From NCBI RefSeq assembly GCF_009914755.1, contig NC_060925.1: a stretch of 64,000 nt of DNA. One strand, 5' to 3'. This document shows, in pieces, positions 57,505-64,000 of this stretch. Below the pieces are notes generated by a model. It was not told the DNA's origin. It searched no databases and saw only the letters and a program-made list of their open reading frames with translations. Source of the stretch: the human T2T-CHM13v2.0 reference genome, Homo sapiens. The translations under genes were made by a program, and so were the position numbers. Numbering within the stretch: position 1 is the stretch's first letter; each line of letters starts with the position of its first letter.

Positions 57505-57773
<269 letters not shown>

Positions 57774-57779
57774 TCAAAA

Positions 57780-57814
<35 letters not shown>

Positions 57815-57879
57815 AATAAAGACTTATAACAAAATTGAAAAGACATATGACATGGGATGTCACCCAGCCTGGGGCCTCA

Positions 57880-58215
<336 letters not shown>

Positions 58216-58326
58216 TCACCTGAGATCAGGAGTTTGAGACCAGCCTGACCAATATGCAGAAACCCTGTCTCTACTAAAAATACAAAATTAGCCAGGCGTG
58301 GTGGTACATGCTTGTAATCCTAGCTA

Positions 58327-58626
<300 letters not shown>

Positions 58627-58656
58627 TTATTCCAAATGCAATGGGAAGCACTACTA

Positions 58657-60009
<1,353 letters not shown>

Positions 60010-60474
60010 ACTTCAAGGCCTTTAAGGAGGGGAGCAGCCCGATGTCACAAACAGTTTAGGAAGGTCACCCTGGAGGCAGGTCCATATGTGCTGACATGGA
60101 AAAACACTCAAGACAGACTCTCAAAGAAAAGAAGCTGGTTGCCAAATGAAACAGAGCTATCCTAGTTATGAAAATACAACCAAACAAAATACAGGTCTGA
60201 GTGAAAACACACAGTCAAAGGTCTAAAAGGACATACAGATAACTAATAACACAATTTACCCTCTTGAGGAGCAGAGGACTTGGAATTTGTGAAATTTAAC
60301 ATTGCTTTGTGCTGAATTTTGCTTGGATTTTGCAATGATAGTAAATGCCTGTATTACTTGCCTAATTAAATAAATGACCAAATAAATACATAAATTCTGT
60401 TTTAATGAAAGCAAATAAACAAATAGATTGGTTTTTCTTTTTCATTTTTCTTTTGTTTGTTTTTTTTTTTTTGA

Positions 60475-60636
<162 letters not shown>

Positions 60637-60762
60637 TAGTAGAGATGGGGTTTCACCATGTTGGCCAGGCTGGTCTTGAACTCCTGAGCTCAGGTGATCC
60701 ACCTGCCTCAGCCTCCCAAAGTGCTGGGATTACTGGCGTGAGCTGCCACGCCTGGCCCACAG

Positions 60763-61268
60763 GTTGGTTTTTCAAAAGCAGACCCCAACATGGGAATTCT
60801 TGCACGAGTGCTTAATTAAGGAGGGCTCTATGGAGAAACTGGTAAGGCAGTGGGAAAGCAGGAAGGTGAAGGGGAAGAAGACAAACAAGGGTGTGATTTC
60901 AGACAAAATTCCCAGAGGGGTGCATTGCCAGCCTGGCGCGACCTGGCAATTCCAGGTTGGGTGGCGGGGCCGGGGGAACTACTGCCTGTCCTGAGGTAAG
61001 AGTGCTGGTGTTCATTTCTATTCTGCTCAATCATTGGCCAAAGCATGTCCAGAGGGCAGGACGTGGGGAGGAGGAGAGAGCAAAATTTCCAGGTACTTCC
61101 AAGTACTATTGCCAAGACAGGGTAGCTCCAGTAGCTGAACAGTCTTCTGAACAAGGTCCACGTGATCCACTGGAAACTAAGGCACCAGCTCTGAAACTAG
61201 GAAACGAGCACACAGAAATGATAAGAAGAGATCCAAGGGAATCTGGATTGAGCATCAACAGTCTCCAC
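60763..61268 (-). mobile_element. Old ERVL-class LTR (LTR16/LTR33-like)
   Basis: CAAAAGCAGACCCC...GAGTGCTTAATTAAGGAGG...GGAGAAACTGGTAAGGCAGTGGG...GAGCATCAACAGTCTCCAC resembles recalled consensus sequences. Confidence 0.55.
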
Positions 61269-61405
61269 TTTGGGAGGCCGAGGCGGGTGGATCACGAGAT
61301 CAGGAGTTCGAGACCAGCCTGACCAACATGGTGAAACCCCGTCTCTACTAAAAATACAAAAATTGGCCAGGCACGGTGGCACGTGCCTGTAATGCCACCT
61401 ACTTA

Positions 61406-61507
<102 letters not shown>

Positions 61508-62948
61508 TCAAAACAAAAAAACAAAAAAAACGGCTACGCCATAGGCAGAGCTGCCACAAGGGCTGCTGGTTGGAAAAAAAAATTAATAGGTAGTATGTTA
61601 AATTACCTATTAAGCGGCCAGGCACAGTGGCTCACACCTTTAATCCCAGCACTTTGGGAGGCCGAGGCGAGCGGATCACGAGGTCAAGAGATCAATACCA
61701 TCCTGGCCCACATAGTGAAACCCCGTGTCTACTAAAAATACAAAAAAATTAACTGGGTGTTGTGGTCCACACCTGTAGTCCCAGTTACTCTGGAAGCTGA
61801 GGCAAGAGAATTGCTTAGAACCTGGGAGGCAGAGGTTGCAGTGAGTCGAGATCGCGCCACTGCACTCCAGCCTGGCAACAAAACAAGACTCCGTCTCAAA
61901 AAAAAACCTAGCCCTTGTTGCTTTGCCTCAGAAGGACTATGTTTCCAGAGATATTCTATGCCTGTAAAAGTATGTATGAGGCCGGGCACGGTGGCTCACA
62001 CCTGTAATCCTAGCACTTTGGGAGGCCAGGGCAGGCGGATCACCTGAGGTCGGGAGTTTGAGACCAGCCTGACCAACATGGAGAAACCCCATCTCTACTA
62101 AAAATACAAAATTAGCCAGGCATGGTGGCACATGCCTGTAATCCCAGCTACTCGGGAGGCTGAAGAAGGAGAAGAGCTTGAACCCGCGAGGCGGAGGTTG
62201 CAGTGAGCCGAGATTGCACCATGCACTCCAGCCTTGGCAACAAGAGAGAAACTCTGTCTGAAAAAAAAAAAAAAAAAAAAAATTATGTGTAGGCTGGTCA
62301 CAGTGGCTCACGCCTGCAATCCCAGCACTTTGAGAGGTTGGGGCAGGAGAATCACTTGAGCCCAGGAGTTTGAAAACAACCTGGGCAATATAGTGAGATC
62401 CCGTCTCCATAAAAAATTTAAAAATTAGTTGGGCCTGGTAGTATCAGCCTTTAGTCCCAGTTACTCAGGAGGCTGAAGTAGGAGGAGAAGTTGAGCCTGG
62501 AAAGTCAAGGCTTGAGCCTGGAAAATGAGCTGTGTTTGTGCCACTGCACTCCAGCCTAGGTGACAGAGACATCTTGTCTTAAAAAAAGGAAAGAAAGAAA
62601 AGAAAAAAAAAGTATGTACATATTATTTCCTATCTTCTCTAAAAAACAAAACAAACAATAGTAGCATATTATCCATATTGTTTCTTACTTTCCTTATTTC
62701 ACATCCTGAAGATGGTACCATGGCGATACATTTAGATAATCCTCATTCTTTTCAGTGATTGCATAATATTATATTACATGGATAGGCTTGACTTTATTTA
62801 AGCATTCCCTTATTGAAGAACATTTTAATTGTATCCAGTCTGTACTCTAACAAACAAGATTGCAATGAATATTCTTTGTATATCTTTGTGTACATGTACA
62901 AGTATATCTGGTAAGCCAGATTTATAGAAGTAGAATTATTTGATCTAA

Positions 62949-63284
<336 letters not shown>

Positions 63285-63484
63285 TAGGATGTTCCTCAAA
63301 CCAGCTTCCCATCTTGAGGTTTCTGAATCTCCTATGATCACAGCTTGTCTTGTCTTTAGGAATTAACTGAAAAAGATGTCCTTTACCTAAAAGCTACATG
63401 TGAAACTCCACTCCTAGTTTTACATTTGCAGTCCTTATATCACTATGTTTTCTGCTGGTTCTGATGTAATCTCACTCTTTCTAG

Positions 63485-63818
<334 letters not shown>

Positions 63819-64000
63819 TAATTTTAATTTTTAAAAATTATAAATAGAGATGGGGTCTCCCTGTGTTGCACAGGCTGATTTTGAACTCCTAGTCGCAAGT
63901 GATCCTCCTGCCTTGGTCTCCCAAAACCCTGGGATTATGGGCAAGAGCCACAGCATCTGGCTGTAAGCATAATATTTGAGAATATATATTATAGATGAAT

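Overview
This is primate (almost certainly human) non-coding genomic DNA. By eye more than half of it is Alu (J, S and Y types, often nested), interleaved with L1/HAL1, L2, MIR, MER58 and MER63 fragments and several LTRs. I see no intact protein-coding gene, tRNA, CpG-island promoter or CRISPR-like system, and nearly all ORFs in the track are Alu, LTR or simple-repeat translations. Four retrocopies are recognisable: (1) a SELENOW processed pseudogene split by an Alu (~8.7-9.8 kb, minus strand), probably SELENOWP1, which from memory would place the window at chr1p35; (2) a full-length RPL21 processed pseudogene (~22.2-22.8 kb, minus); (3) a 51-nt tailless 5S rRNA retrocopy (~24.83 kb); (4) a very old AK3 retrocopy split by an Alu (~36.4-37.5 kb, plus). 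Four ERV1-class solo LTRs with 4-bp target-site duplications (TSDs) lie between 50.2 and 60.0 kb. The most notable observations are a SELENOW frame that stays open with an in-frame CxxU UGA once the Alu is removed (although the SECIS core is damaged), swapped TSDs recording an Alu-Alu inversion at ~27.1-27.7 kb, and a ~220-bp local duplication (17.8 and 20.2 kb). I do not find a new biological system; the findings are fossils of retrotransposition and rearrangement. All family assignments come from recalled consensus or parent sequences, not from database searches.
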